From IMG/VR virus record IMGVR_UViG_3300005573_000995, positions 22,877 through 86,876 of that record: a DNA stretch of 64,000 nucleotides; one strand, written 5' to 3'. Source of the stretch: a virus. The position numbers and the translations under genes were made by a program. The notes below the pieces were generated by a model. It was not told where the DNA came from. It was given only the letters and a program-made list of their open reading frames with translations, and did not search any database. This document shows, piece after piece, positions 17,297 to 26,220 of the stretch. Each line of letters starts with the position of its first letter. Position 1 is the first letter of the stretch.

Positions 17297-19957
17297 TTGA
17301 GTAGCACAACCAATTGGTACTATGAGAAGCTAAAGAGAGACTTAGATAAAATAAAGAAGAAAAAGCTACAAGAAGAGGATAAAGAGCTTATTCCAGACGA
17401 CATTATTGAATTTATAACCAAATTCCGAATTATTAGAGGAAGACCTTTTTTATTTGACTATGTAGACCCCAATACAGGGGTTGTTATTCCTCAAGCTAGA
17501 AAATATTTGTATGATATTTATAGAACAGCAGTTAATCCTCAAGTTCACGATATTATTATCACAAAAGGCAGGCAAATGGAAATCTCCGAATTAGCCGTTA
17601 ATGTTTTGCTTTATTTTGCTCTCAAATATCAAGACCGTCATCTAGTTTTACTTTATACTGCTCCTCGAGGAGACCAAGTCTCTCGCTTTTCCAATAGACG
17701 CTTGAGAATAGAAGCTATAAAACAGAGCAAGCTTATTCGAAAATATTTGACAGGTACTGATGCAACCGAGACAGTCCAGCTTGGCAACTGTACAACCTAT
17801 TTATACTCTGCTTGGGGGGAATTTGATGCAGTAAGGAACATCGATGCGGATGTAGCAATCGTTGATGAAGCTCAAGATATTCAATCTTCTGCTTTCCCCG
17901 TTATTCGTGAAAATATGGCTCATAGTTGGTTAAAGAAGTTTATCGTGATTGGAACACCGAAAGAAGCTAATTCCCCATTTGAGAATCTGTGGAACATGAG
18001 TGATAGGAGAGAATGGGATAAAGAGACAGGGAAGTGGATAAAAACTGTATCAGAGCCAAGACCTTTTGTCGGTTTTCATGTTTCTCAAGAAATGGCTCCT
18101 TGGATTACAAAAGAAGAGCTTGAAGCAAAGAAGATGCATTATACTCAACAGCAATTCTATAACGAAGTGCTAGGGCTGTTCTATAAGGGATTGGGTAGGC
18201 CAATCACAATCGAAGACTTATTTGCTTGCACAAACAGAGATATTGGATTCCAATCATTTGCAGAAGATACTTATGCAGGGGTGGATTGGGGGTGTTATGA
18301 TGAACAAACTAGAACACTCACTAATAGAGGATTTAAATATTATTGGGAAATAACTTCGGACGATTTGATTGCTCAATTTGACCCACAAACAGAAGAAATG
18401 TCATTTGTAAAGCCCTTAAAGAAAATAGTATTTCATCATCGGGGGAAAATGGTACGAATAAAGAATAAGCACCAAGATATGTTAATTACACCCGACCACA
18501 AATGCATATTTCGCAAAGAATGGCAAAAGAAATGGACCAAATGCGAAGCTCAAGACTTATTGTCTTTAGATGATATAATTTTACCCAGTAAGGCGCGATG
18601 GAAAGGTGAGAATAAAGAATACTTTATACTACCATCAACCATTCGCAAAGATTGGAACAGAATATATGAAGAAAAGAAAATTGATATGAAAGTGTGGTTA
18701 GAATTTCTCGGCTACTTTCTATCTGATGGATGTGTAGCCTTTAGAAACGCAGACCATCAGCATAGTAGAATGGTTCAGGTACAAATATGTCAAAGAAACG
18801 TACATCCTTACAAGGTTAATGCAATAAGGAATGTTTTGAATAAGTTGCCCTTCAAGTATGGAACATATTTCTATGAAAAGTATGGGGATTATCAGTTCAA
18901 AATTGCAAACAAACAGTTATATGAGTGGTTGGCAAATCATTGTGGTGCTGATTCAAAGACGAAGCACATACCAAGGGAATTTCTCGAATTATCTCCTGAA
19001 TATTTAAGAATACTCTTAGATTCTTTAATGTTAGGAGATGGATATTGGTCAAAAAATAAGACTGGGGGGACTTATTATACAATATCAAAGCAACTTGCGG
19101 ATGATGTATTTGAACTAACTATTAAACTTGGTTTCAATTCTCACTTATCTTATAGCTCTGGTAAATATAGAATAAACTTCTCTTTGTTAGATAAAAAACG
19201 GCATATAAGGGGAAAGAATGATGTTGAAATTGTAGACTATGATGGAATGGCATATTGTTTCTCTGTTCCAACAGGTTTCTTTGTTACAGAGCGTAATGGG
19301 TATATAGCATTCCAAGGTAACACTTCAACCAAAGATAATGCTGATACTGTATACTGGTGTATAAAACCATTAGACGATGGTAAAATTCATACGGTCTTCA
19401 TTTCCAAAATAGATACCCCAGATATAATGGAGCAAGTTCGGTTTGTAGCGAAATACATAGACCGCTATGATAACAGAAGGGTGGTTGTCGATTGGGGCTT
19501 TGGGCATGTTCAAACGCAAGAGCTACAAAAGATGTATGGGATGAGAGTCCTTCCTTGCGATTATAGTGGGAGTGAAATCAAACCAGTTGAAATCAAGCTC
19601 ACACAAACAGGCACAAAGCTACATCTGAACCGCACATTAGCAATAGATACCGTTTTCGACTTGATTAAGAAGAAGAACTTAGTTATCCCCGGTAAGAACA
19701 GAGAACTAACAGATTGGCTATATAAGAACTTTATGGTAATGTATCAAGAATCCGAAGTATCAACAACAGGGAAAAACATACGGCGATGGGTTAAGGACAA
19801 GGGAGAAGATGCCCATGATGACGCCGTTCATGCTCTCGTATATGCCTACTATGCTTATCAAACAGATAGAACCAGAAAAGCTATGGAACTTGGCGAAGGT
19901 CCTCCTCCTGTCTATTTCGTTCCTCATTCTGAAGAAGAGTTTGGGCTTCCTTTTTGA
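17297..19957 (+). CDS. terL: Terminase large subunit with an intein
   Basis: KGRQMEISE (Walker A variant), AIVDEAQ, IGTP; nuclease motifs GVDWG, VVDWGFG and HDDAVHA. Confidence 0.93.
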   Translation: MSSTTNWYYEKLKRDLDKIKKKKLQEEDKELIPDDIIEFITKFRIIRGRPFLFDYVDPNTGVVIPQARKYLYDIYRTAVNPQVHDIIITKGRQMEISELAVNVLLYFALKYQDRHLVLLYTAPRGDQVSRFSNRRLRIEAIKQSKLIRKYLTGTDATETVQLGNCTTYLYSAWGEFDAVRNIDADVAIVDEAQDIQSSAFPVIRENMAHSWLKKFIVIGTPKEANSPFENLWNMSDRREWDKETGKWIKTVSEPRPFVGFHVSQEMAPWITKEELEAKKMHYTQQQFYNEVLGLFYKGLGRPITIEDLFACTNRDIGFQSFAEDTYAGVDWGCYDEQTRTLTNRGFKYYWEITSDDLIAQFDPQTEEMSFVKPLKKIVFHHRGKMVRIKNKHQDMLITPDHKCIFRKEWQKKWTKCEAQDLLSLDDIILPSKARWKGENKEYFILPSTIRKDWNRIYEEKKIDMKVWLEFLGYFLSDGCVAFRNADHQHSRMVQVQICQRNVHPYKVNAIRNVLNKLPFKYGTYFYEKYGDYQFKIANKQLYEWLANHCGADSKTKHIPREFLELSPEYLRILLDSLMLGDGYWSKNKTGGTYYTISKQLADDVFELTIKLGFNSHLSYSSGKYRINFSLLDKKRHIRGKNDVEIVDYDGMAYCFSVPTGFFVTERNGYIAFQGNTSTKDNADTVYWCIKPLDDGKIHTVFISKIDTPDIMEQVRFVAKYIDRYDNRRVVVDWGFGHVQTQELQKMYGMRVLPCDYSGSEIKPVEIKLTQTGTKLHLNRTLAIDTVFDLIKKKNLVIPGKNRELTDWLYKNFMVMYQESEVSTTGKNIRRWVKDKGEDAHDDAVHALVYAYYAYQTDRTRKAMELGEGPPPVYFVPHSEEEFGLPF
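18293..19321 (+). mobile_element. Intein (343 aa, LAGLIDADG type) in the terminase nuclease domain
   Basis: GVDWG|CYDEQT...IAFQGN|TS; blocks ITPDH, FLGYFLSDG and LMLGDG. Confidence 0.92.
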
Positions 19958-20011
19958 TTAGAACAAGAAAAACTTTATATATTTTGTTAGAAATATTATA
20001 ATGGCAAAGGT

Positions 20012-20341
20012 ATGAAAGAACTTCGCATAACGCCTAAATTGTGGGGGGAAGAGCATCTTTTAGTAAACGAGCCACAATATGCTATAAAACTTCTCTTTAT
20101 AAAGAAAGGTTCTACGTCTAAGCACTATCATGTTCTCAAAAAGGAGACACTTTACGTTCTTAATGGTACTGCTACATTACGTATATTTACAGTTCAAGAG
20201 AAAGACGAGACTACGCACGATTATGTCTTGCAAGAGGGGGACTACTTTACCGTTATGCCATGCGCAATACATCAGATTACGGGTCCTGCAACAATCCTCG
20301 AAGTGTCTACCCAACCTTATGATGATGTGATAAGATTATAG
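20012..20341 (+). CDS. Cupin-domain protein
   Basis: SKHYH..KKETLYV..G...HQI...LEVST. Confidence 0.85.
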   Translation: MKELRITPKLWGEEHLLVNEPQYAIKLLFIKKGSTSKHYHVLKKETLYVLNGTATLRIFTVQEKDETTHDYVLQEGDYFTVMPCAIHQITGPATILEVSTQPYDDVIRL

Positions 20342-20356
20342 TAGGTGAGAGAATAG

Positions 20357-20620
20357 ATGAAGTTAGTTCAAATAATTGCTGTTTTTTCTATTCTTCTAAT
20401 TGGCATCATTACTTTCGCTTCTCTATGGGTGCTTCTATATTCAACTGTAAATCTATTCCAGTTCACATTAAGACCCAATGCAACTACTCCCTATGCTTAT
20501 TCGTATGACATCATGATGCAAGGTATGCAAGGCATTTTTAATCTTGCTTTCATTTTGCTGGTTTTAACGTTTGTTGTCTCGTCTCTGGTCTTGCTAATTG
20601 AAGCAAAAGCTGTTGGGTAA
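20357..20620 (+). CDS. Two-TM membrane protein
   Basis: Two long hydrophobic stretches; SD GGTGA. Confidence 0.7.
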   Translation: MKLVQIIAVFSILLIGIITFASLWVLLYSTVNLFQFTLRPNATTPYAYSYDIMMQGMQGIFNLAFILLVLTFVVSSLVLLIEAKAVG

Positions 20621-20699
20621 GAGGGCAGAACGTTCAAGCGTACTGTTATCTGCCTTATATATCGTTCAATACTTATTGAATCATAAGCATTCTTTTTTT

Positions 20700-21023
20700 C
20701 TATATAAGATTTGAAATCGAATTAGAATTTTTGATTTGAAGAAAAGATGCTGAAAAATAGCTCAAATTGTTGCTATGATTTATGAGCAATCTTTGAATAA
20801 ATTTCTCTAAAAATCTACGGAATTTTTCATAGGGATTTCTATCAAAAATGCTGAAAAAATGGCTGGAAATCCTTTCGGCAACTTTTTAAAATATATTTTC
20901 AAATTCTGCTGAATTTTATCGGCAATTCTATAAGAAAATCTTTGGATTTTGCTTTAATTTTTTTCTCCAGATTTTTTCAAAATGCTGGAAAAAATTTTTG
21001 GCGAAATTTCAAACCGGAAAAAT
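20700..21023. other. Phased A/T-tract (intrinsically bent) DNA, copy 1
   Basis: AAAAT/AATTT/ATTTT tracts recur roughly every 10-11 bp over about 320 bp. Confidence 0.75.
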
Positions 21024-21048
21024 TTTTCCCGGGGGTACCTGCTTCCTC
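21024..21048 (+). repeat. 25-bp direct repeat copy 1, TTTTCCCGGGGGTACCTGCTTCCTC (candidate pac/terminus site)
   Basis: Identical to 24509-24533. Confidence 0.85.
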
Positions 21049-21255
21049 TTCGAGCCTTTGTCGCTTGATTTGTTCTGCTCGTGCCAAAACGGCTTTTTTG
21101 TGGTCTTTATTGTCAATCAAGGGCTAAAAATGATAAAGTCCAAGCATCTTATAAAGTTTTATGATTGTTCTCAGGGATTATGATATATTATTTTCATAAT
21201 ATAGTATCGGTAGAGATTAAGGAGCGGGCAGGAACGGCAAACAAGGGTATTTTTA

Positions 21256-21437
21256 CAAATATTTGACAACCAAGGATGCCCGTTGCTCCTATAGGTAAGG
21301 GGCTTAAAATGAACAAATATTTGAAAAACACTGGTATCGTCGCTTTCCACTGCACTGCTGGTTCGTTGAACAAATATTTGGTTGCGCAGGACGTCGTTGG
21401 TGAGCATCGCAGTGGGCCGGTGTTAAACAAATATTTG
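21256..21437. repeat. CAAATATTTG palindrome cluster 1 (4 sites; spacing 58/57/57)
   Basis: Sites start at 21256, 21314, 21371 and 21428, with unique GC-richer spacers. Confidence 0.9.
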
Positions 21438-21491
21438 GGAACAAAATCCTTATTAACCCCTGCTCATATACTATTGGTGGGAAAGAGAAAA

Positions 21492-21695
21492 ATGTTAGTC
21501 TTCGCTTTCAGAGACGAGAAAGAAGCTAGTAAAGCCTGGGAAGTTCTTTTCATGGAGACAGAGAACCCATTATGGCTACGAAGATATGGCAATAAGATAA
21601 TCGACGAGAACAATGATTCGCGGACATATCGAAGCCGTCTAGTGAAGAGCCTTAAGGTAGCACTTCTCAACCCCAAGAAGGTGATGAAGACCTAA
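21492..21695 (+). CDS. Hypothetical protein (likely true start of ORF 21276..21695)
   Basis: TATA-like CTTATTAA at 21449 and GGTGG leader before the ATG at 21492. Confidence 0.65.
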   Translation: MLVFAFRDEKEASKAWEVLFMETENPLWLRRYGNKIIDENNDSRTYRSRLVKSLKVALLNPKKVMKT

Positions 21696-21835
21696 TGGCT
21701 TCTCAAGCGCTATTTATCCAAATCTGTAAAAGATGCGGACATAAATGGTGGCCAAGAAGCCTACTCAAGCCAAAAGTATGCCCCAAATGTAAATCGCCAT
21801 ATTGGGACAGAGAACGGAAAAGAATAGAGACCTAA
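21695..21835 (+). CDS. 46-aa Zn-ribbon microprotein (CKRCGHKW.PR...CPKCKSPYW)
   Basis: Translated by hand; TAATG coupling to the upstream gene; motif type common in archaeal viruses; followed by a T-rich terminator. Confidence 0.8.
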   Translation: MASQALFIQICKRCGHKWWPRSLLKPKVCPKCKSPYWDRERKRIET

Positions 21836-21846
21836 AGTCTCCACTC

Positions 21847-21890
21847 TCTTTATTTTTGTTTTTATTTTTGAAAAAAGAAAGAAAAAAGCT
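21847..21890. terminator. Bidirectional oligo-T terminator
   Basis: T-runs followed by A-runs between convergent genes. Confidence 0.6.
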
Positions 21891-21896
21891 TACGAT

Positions 21897-22007
21897 TTAG
21901 TATTCCTCTGACTTTACCTCATATTCCTGTTTGTCAAAATCAAAAGAAATGACGGTAAAAAGCTTTTTCTTTTGATTTTGCGTATCCACGTTTTTGCTTT
22001 CGACCAA
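21897..22007 (-). CDS. 36-aa peptide MVESKNVDTQNQKKKLFTVISFDFDKQEYEVKSEEY
   Basis: Minus-strand TATA (TTTAAATA, 22043-22050), purine-rich leader and TTG start. Confidence 0.5.
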   Translation of the reverse strand: MVESKNVDTQNQKKKLFTVISFDFDKQEYEVKSEEY

Positions 22008-22071
22008 ATGCCTTTCCCTCGACAGATAGTTATACCCTACTCTATTTAAACGTATCGCTAGGTAACCCGCT

Positions 22072-22265
22072 TAAATGTTTGTTAGAGCACGCAGGACAGG
22101 AGATAGACGGTTCGCTTACAAATATTTGTTCTAGACAACTGCTTAGTGCCGAACGGCAACGCTCTGGTGCAGGCAGTTGGATAAAACAAATATTTGAAAA
22201 AGCCTAACCTTGTCACAAAGCTTACCAACGCTACTGGATTTGGTATCTATTAAATCAAACATTTG
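22072..22265. repeat. CAAATATTTG cluster 2 (4 sites, two degenerate; spacing 47/68/69)
   Basis: TAAATGTTTG at 22072, exact sites at 22119 and 22187, CAAACATTTG at 22256. Confidence 0.85.
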
Positions 22266-22352
22266 TAAACACCCGGCCTCTAGGATATGCATCGGCTATC
22301 CATCGATAGCTTTATATACTATCATACTATTATACTATGCGGGGATACAAAT

Positions 22353-22832
22353 ATGGTTGGTCGATTTCAAGTAATGGCAACACTCCAAGCAGCACGTGCG
22401 TATAAGCTAGGTCTTTCCCTAGACTCAGCTTATTCGTGGGGTCTAGACCGTGCCCTATTCTATGCGGTAGCCAAAAGAGGCTTTAAGGGCAAAAGGCACT
22501 TTATCCCAAATGCGCAATCCGCTAAGGCACCAATCGGCGTTAAGCAACCTGTCGAAACTCCGAAGCCAAAATACAGCATGTTCTACCTAGGTGATGAAGG
22601 CGCATTCATGGATAACGATAAGGCTCTTTTCGTCTTCGGCGATAAAACTCTAACTCCGCAAGACTTTCAGAGGCAAATAATCAGTAGACTTAAAGACTTT
22701 CAGAGCGCCTGGAGTGAAGCCTTAAATATCGTCTCTCAGTACAGTAATGAGAAGCTTCTCTCATCAAAAGCCTTTTTTGAGGAAATCTACAAGCCTAGGA
22801 GAGACGAATTAGCCCTTAAGTGGCTACAGTAA
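22353..22832 (+). CDS. Conserved hypothetical protein (GRFQVMATLQAARAY family)
   Basis: TATA TTTATATA at 22311; the N-terminus resembles, from memory, an uncharacterised family in Thermoproteota; T-rich terminator follows. Confidence 0.8.
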   Translation: MVGRFQVMATLQAARAYKLGLSLDSAYSWGLDRALFYAVAKRGFKGKRHFIPNAQSAKAPIGVKQPVETPKPKYSMFYLGDEGAFMDNDKALFVFGDKTLTPQDFQRQIISRLKDFQSAWSEALNIVSQYSNEKLLSSKAFFEEIYKPRRDELALKWLQ

Positions 22833-22856
22833 AAAATTTTTTCTTTTTTTTTCTTT

Positions 22857-23279
22857 TTAGCTTAAAGCCTCTAAGAGTTCGCTTTCTTTCAGTAGTGCAG
22901 CATGTAACCGCTCTCCATACATGAAAAGAAGGTAAAAGACACGATAATCGTGTTTAGTGGACCCACCATGAAACTCGATAACCGCGGGTAGAGAAGGCAA
23001 AATCTGATAGACAACGTTATCTATCCTTTTTCGGTCTAAAAATTCACGTTCAAACTTATATTGCGGATGTAATCCCTTAATCTGTGCAGCCCAAGGCTTT
23101 CGTTGTGCCCATCCTCCTTCATTACAGTAAACAAAATCTTCATGCTTAACGCAAAAGTCATTTCCGAATTTCAGAAACTCATAAGGTCGAGCATTAGCTA
23201 GCTTTTTCTCCACTAGCTTCTCTATCCACGTCTTCGTTTCGACTGAAGTATTTTCTTGGCTCATTTTTCCCTCATACAT
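22857..23279 (-). CDS. Hypothetical protein
   Basis: Minus-strand TATA at about 23296-23303; convergent terminator at 22833-22857. Confidence 0.75.
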   Translation of the reverse strand: MYEGKMSQENTSVETKTWIEKLVEKKLANARPYEFLKFGNDFCVKHEDFVYCNEGGWAQRKPWAAQIKGLHPQYKFEREFLDRKRIDNVVYQILPSLPAVIEFHGGSTKHDYRVFYLLFMYGERLHAALLKESELLEALS

Positions 23280-23369
23280 CTATATAACCGTGCTGTATAT
23301 AAAGCTTGTGGAGTGTCCTTTATAAGCGATTGCAAGATTGCAATCCAGACGCTAAGCAAGGACAGTGTT

Positions 23370-23492
23370 CAAATATTTGTTTATGTACGACATCCCTTGG
23401 GGGGATAGAGGAGGGGGGCATAAAAACAAATATTTGATTTCTACCGAATTCCTCCTCGTCCGGCAAGCACGCCGGTACAAATCAAATATTTG
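23370..23492. repeat. CAAATATTTG cluster 3 (3 sites; spacing 57/56)
   Basis: Sites at 23370, 23427 and 23483, between divergent promoters. Confidence 0.9.
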
Positions 23493-23572
23493 CGCAAAAA
23501 AGACCTACGGCAAGTTCTTCCTTGACCAATAGCCTTAAATAACCCTCTTTACTTATAGGTAGTGGTGGGAAA

Positions 23573-24172
23573 ATGGGCTATACCCATTATTGGCGAAGAC
23601 CGAAAGAAATAGACCGAAAGAGATTTTCTCTAATCGTCAGAGACTTCAAAAGAGTAATGCCTACTCTCGAGCACTTGGGCATAAAGCTAGCTGATGGCTA
23701 CGGGGAAAATAAACCTGTAGTCAATATCCACCGCGTATGGTTCAACGGGCTAGCGAAATGCGGACATGAAAAGCATGACTATGGGATACCATGGCCAGCA
23801 GAGAACGCTAAAGGAGTAGTTCTTAGCGGAATGCCTAAAAACGAAGTTCTCGGAGGTATATGGTTTGCTGGGGCTTTACTGAACGCTAGAACATGTAATG
23901 GCGATTGCTCCCATGAAACTTTCAATTTCCCTCGTCAAATGAATAGGAAAAACTCTCTCCTAATCAAGGACGGAGAAATGTTTTTCGATTGCTGCAAAAC
24001 CGCTTATAAGCCCTATGACTTCGCGGTAAACGTCTTTCTAATCATAGCCAAGCACTACCTTAAAGACGATATCATAGTTACAAGTGACGGAACAATCGAA
24101 CAATGGCAAGACGCTATCGATTTTGTCCAGAGATTTCTAGACTATGGGCAAGACTTTCAGCTAGCCAATTAA
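23573..24172 (+). CDS. Hypothetical viral protein (MGYTHYW family)
   Basis: MGYTHYW...HETF...CKT..KPYD...SDG pattern seen in many phage hypothetical proteins; own promoter and terminator. Confidence 0.85.
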   Translation: MGYTHYWRRPKEIDRKRFSLIVRDFKRVMPTLEHLGIKLADGYGENKPVVNIHRVWFNGLAKCGHEKHDYGIPWPAENAKGVVLSGMPKNEVLGGIWFAGALLNARTCNGDCSHETFNFPRQMNRKNSLLIKDGEMFFDCCKTAYKPYDFAVNVFLIIAKHYLKDDIIVTSDGTIEQWQDAIDFVQRFLDYGQDFQLAN

Positions 24173-24184
24173 AGCATGCTTTTT

Positions 24185-24508
24185 TTCTATTAAGAAAAAA
24201 ATCGACCTTTAGATTTTTTGGAAATTGACGATGCCTAATCGAAATTATCTACGGTTTTTATAGAATTTTCTTTCAAAAAGCCATTAGATTTTCAGCCAAA
24301 ATGCTTAAAGTTTTGGCGATAATTTACTCTAAAATTTGCTGGGAATTTGCTTGCTTTTTGTTAGAAAATCTGGGCCATTTGCCGGGGAAATGTCAAGGAA
24401 AATTATCAAAAAAGCTGGGCAAAATTCTGCGAAATTCGTCTCAAAATCTGCGCTCAAAATTTTGGGATTCGCGAAAAAATTTTTTTAAAAATTCTATGGG
24501 GGCAAAAA
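24185..24508. other. Phased A/T-tract (bent) DNA, copy 2
   Basis: A/T tracts at about 10-11 bp periodicity; sequence not identical to copy 1. Confidence 0.75.
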
Positions 24509-24533
24509 TTTTCCCGGGGGTACCTGCTTCCTC
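24509..24533 (+). repeat. 25-bp direct repeat copy 2
   Basis: Identical to 21024-21048. Confidence 0.85.
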
Positions 24534-24743
24534 CGCTCTCTTTTCGTCTAAATAGTTTACATAGCGCTATATAGGATTGATAGAATAAAGGCTAGACCAT
24601 ACTGATAAGAAGACCTAATTACGGTCCTTATTGTTCGTGCCAATCCTTATCGCTACTTATAGTATATAGACCTATGTATTTAAACCTTTTGCCTATTTAC
24701 TAATTCATGTTTTTCCTGGTCTTCTACTTATCCGTATTTATTC

Positions 24744-24781
24744 CAAATGTTTGATAAGGACAGTATTTATTCAAATATTTG
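24744..24781. repeat. CAAATATTTG cluster 4 (2 sites)
   Basis: CAAATGTTTG at 24744 and CAAATATTTG at 24772, each preceded by GTATTTATT. Confidence 0.75.
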
Positions 24782-24952
24782 TGACCTTAGTCTATATACT
24801 ACCCTCCGAAACTATATAGACCTACATAGGCCATCTAATGCCTATATATTCGTTCTTATCTCTATATAGAAGTTTAAACTTTTGCGCCAGGTTTAAACTC
24901 TTTAGGGTAAAGGTATATATACCCTAGGGGTATAATCTCAACCGTAAGAAAA

Positions 24953-25093
24953 ATGATAACCCAAAACCGAAACAGAAAGAATAACCTAGTTTACGAGGGC
25001 CGCTTTATGTGCTACGAATGTGGCACGGTCTTCGTGAGTACTAGGTATTTGCATGCACATATAAAGAATGTGCATGTGCATAAGGAGGAGTGA
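24953..25093 (+). CDS. 46-aa classical C2H2 zinc-finger protein
   Basis: FMCYECGTVFVSTRYLHAHIKNVH (C-x2-C-x12-H-x4-H); TATA at about 24913. Confidence 0.8.
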   Translation: MITQNRNRKNNLVYEGRFMCYECGTVFVSTRYLHAHIKNVHVHKEE

Positions 25094-25099
25094 AAGACC

Positions 25100-25327
25100 A
25101 TGTCCGATGAGCTAGTTCTTATGCGAAAAGACCGTTTAGGTCCTGGACAGATGATGTACAAGTGTAGGGAATGCAGAGAGCACACAATACACAACTATGA
25201 GATAAGCATGCCATCATCTTATCATCAGCATTATAGGATTACGCTAGACATTTACAAGTGTATCAATTGCGGAACCTTGAAGTATATTTCCCATAGAGAG
25301 GGTTATGTCGAGAGGTCCATGATGTAA
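25100..25327 (+). CDS. Zn-ribbon protein
   Basis: CREC...CINC; SD GGAGGAG. Confidence 0.75.
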   Translation: MSDELVLMRKDRLGPGQMMYKCRECREHTIHNYEISMPSSYHQHYRITLDIYKCINCGTLKYISHREGYVERSMM

Positions 25328-25668
25328 TGATAACCGAAAAACAAAGGAAAAAAATCCTTCGGCAGCTAAAAACATATGTAGAAAAGGGTAGCCTATATAA
25401 GCTACACTACACTATTACTGTTCCGAAACCTTTCCTACACATTACTGCTAGTATACATATTTTTGAACAAGAAATTATAGAATTTGGCAAGGGAAGTTAT
25501 CTAGATGGGATTGATATTTGGAATTTGATCCATCTAGTCTTATATCTTCAAAGCCAAGGAATACAGGTAAATTGGATTAGGGTAGACGATAAGTTTGAGT
25601 ATTATCCTAATCTTCACATATCGCTAACCCTAGATCACATGCTAGTGGATCATATATTGGAGGAATAA
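25327..25668 (+). CDS. Hypothetical protein
   Basis: TAATG coupling to the upstream gene. Confidence 0.65.
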   Translation: MITEKQRKKILRQLKTYVEKGSLYKLHYTITVPKPFLHITASIHIFEQEIIEFGKGSYLDGIDIWNLIHLVLYLQSQGIQVNWIRVDDKFEYYPNLHISLTLDHMLVDHILEE

Positions 25669-25780
25669 AGGAATTGGACGAAAGAGATCAAACCGCCATA
25701 AGTGAAGCCATGGGAATATGGCTTCAGTTAGTCCTGAAAGAATTAGCACTAGTTGCTTATGAAGGGGGAGCACTAGGAAA

Positions 25781-26218
25781 TTGACCTTAAGCATTACGAT
25801 AATAAGCTATAGGCTTCCATCATATCAACGCAAGATGATGGAAACTAATCCTGAACTTAAGGCCAACATAAAAAAGGCCTATAACAAGGCATGGGCAAAA
25901 CTGTCCGAATTAGGTCCTCATCTAGGGACCTCTCAAATTGTTAGTTTTGTCAATCCTAGCGTAATAAGGGAAAGGCTAGAAGGGATTAAAGTTAAGCTTG
26001 ATCTCGATAAGCCTTTTGCTGTCTTTCATGTCTTAACTACAGAGGAATTGCCATCATGGATACCCTTTTTGGAGACCACAATAAGCGAAAAGCTTGAAAT
26101 AGTCAAAAATAAGAATAGTTATAGAAGTAGGACCGAATATGCCAAGCTACATAATGCACTAGAAGATTTGGAAACGATCAAAAGCGAATTAGCAAATAAG
26201 GCTTTAGAGGTGATTTAG
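25781..26218 (+). CDS. Hypothetical protein preceding MoxR copy 2
   Basis: ORF with SD; operonic spacing. Confidence 0.7.
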   Translation: MTLSITIISYRLPSYQRKMMETNPELKANIKKAYNKAWAKLSELGPHLGTSQIVSFVNPSVIRERLEGIKVKLDLDKPFAVFHVLTTEELPSWIPFLETTISEKLEIVKNKNSYRSRTEYAKLHNALEDLETIKSELANKALEVI

Positions 26219-26220
26219 TT

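Noticed and set aside
20942-21183. ORFs 20942, 20998 and 24301 sharing K.FPGVPASS-like peptides
   Set aside because: They are translations of A-tract DNA and the 25-bp repeat, with F/K/N-biased sequence and no SD or promoter.
21256-21437. CRISPR mini-array
   Set aside because: The repeat is only 10-11 bp and fully palindromic, unit lengths step by helical turns, and no cas gene or leader is present. Kept as a non-CRISPR array.
21276-21491. N-terminal extension of ORF 21276..21695 with recurring NKYL
   Set aside because: NKYL is simply the translated AACAAATATTTG at 57-bp spacing; promoter and SD point to the ATG at 21492.
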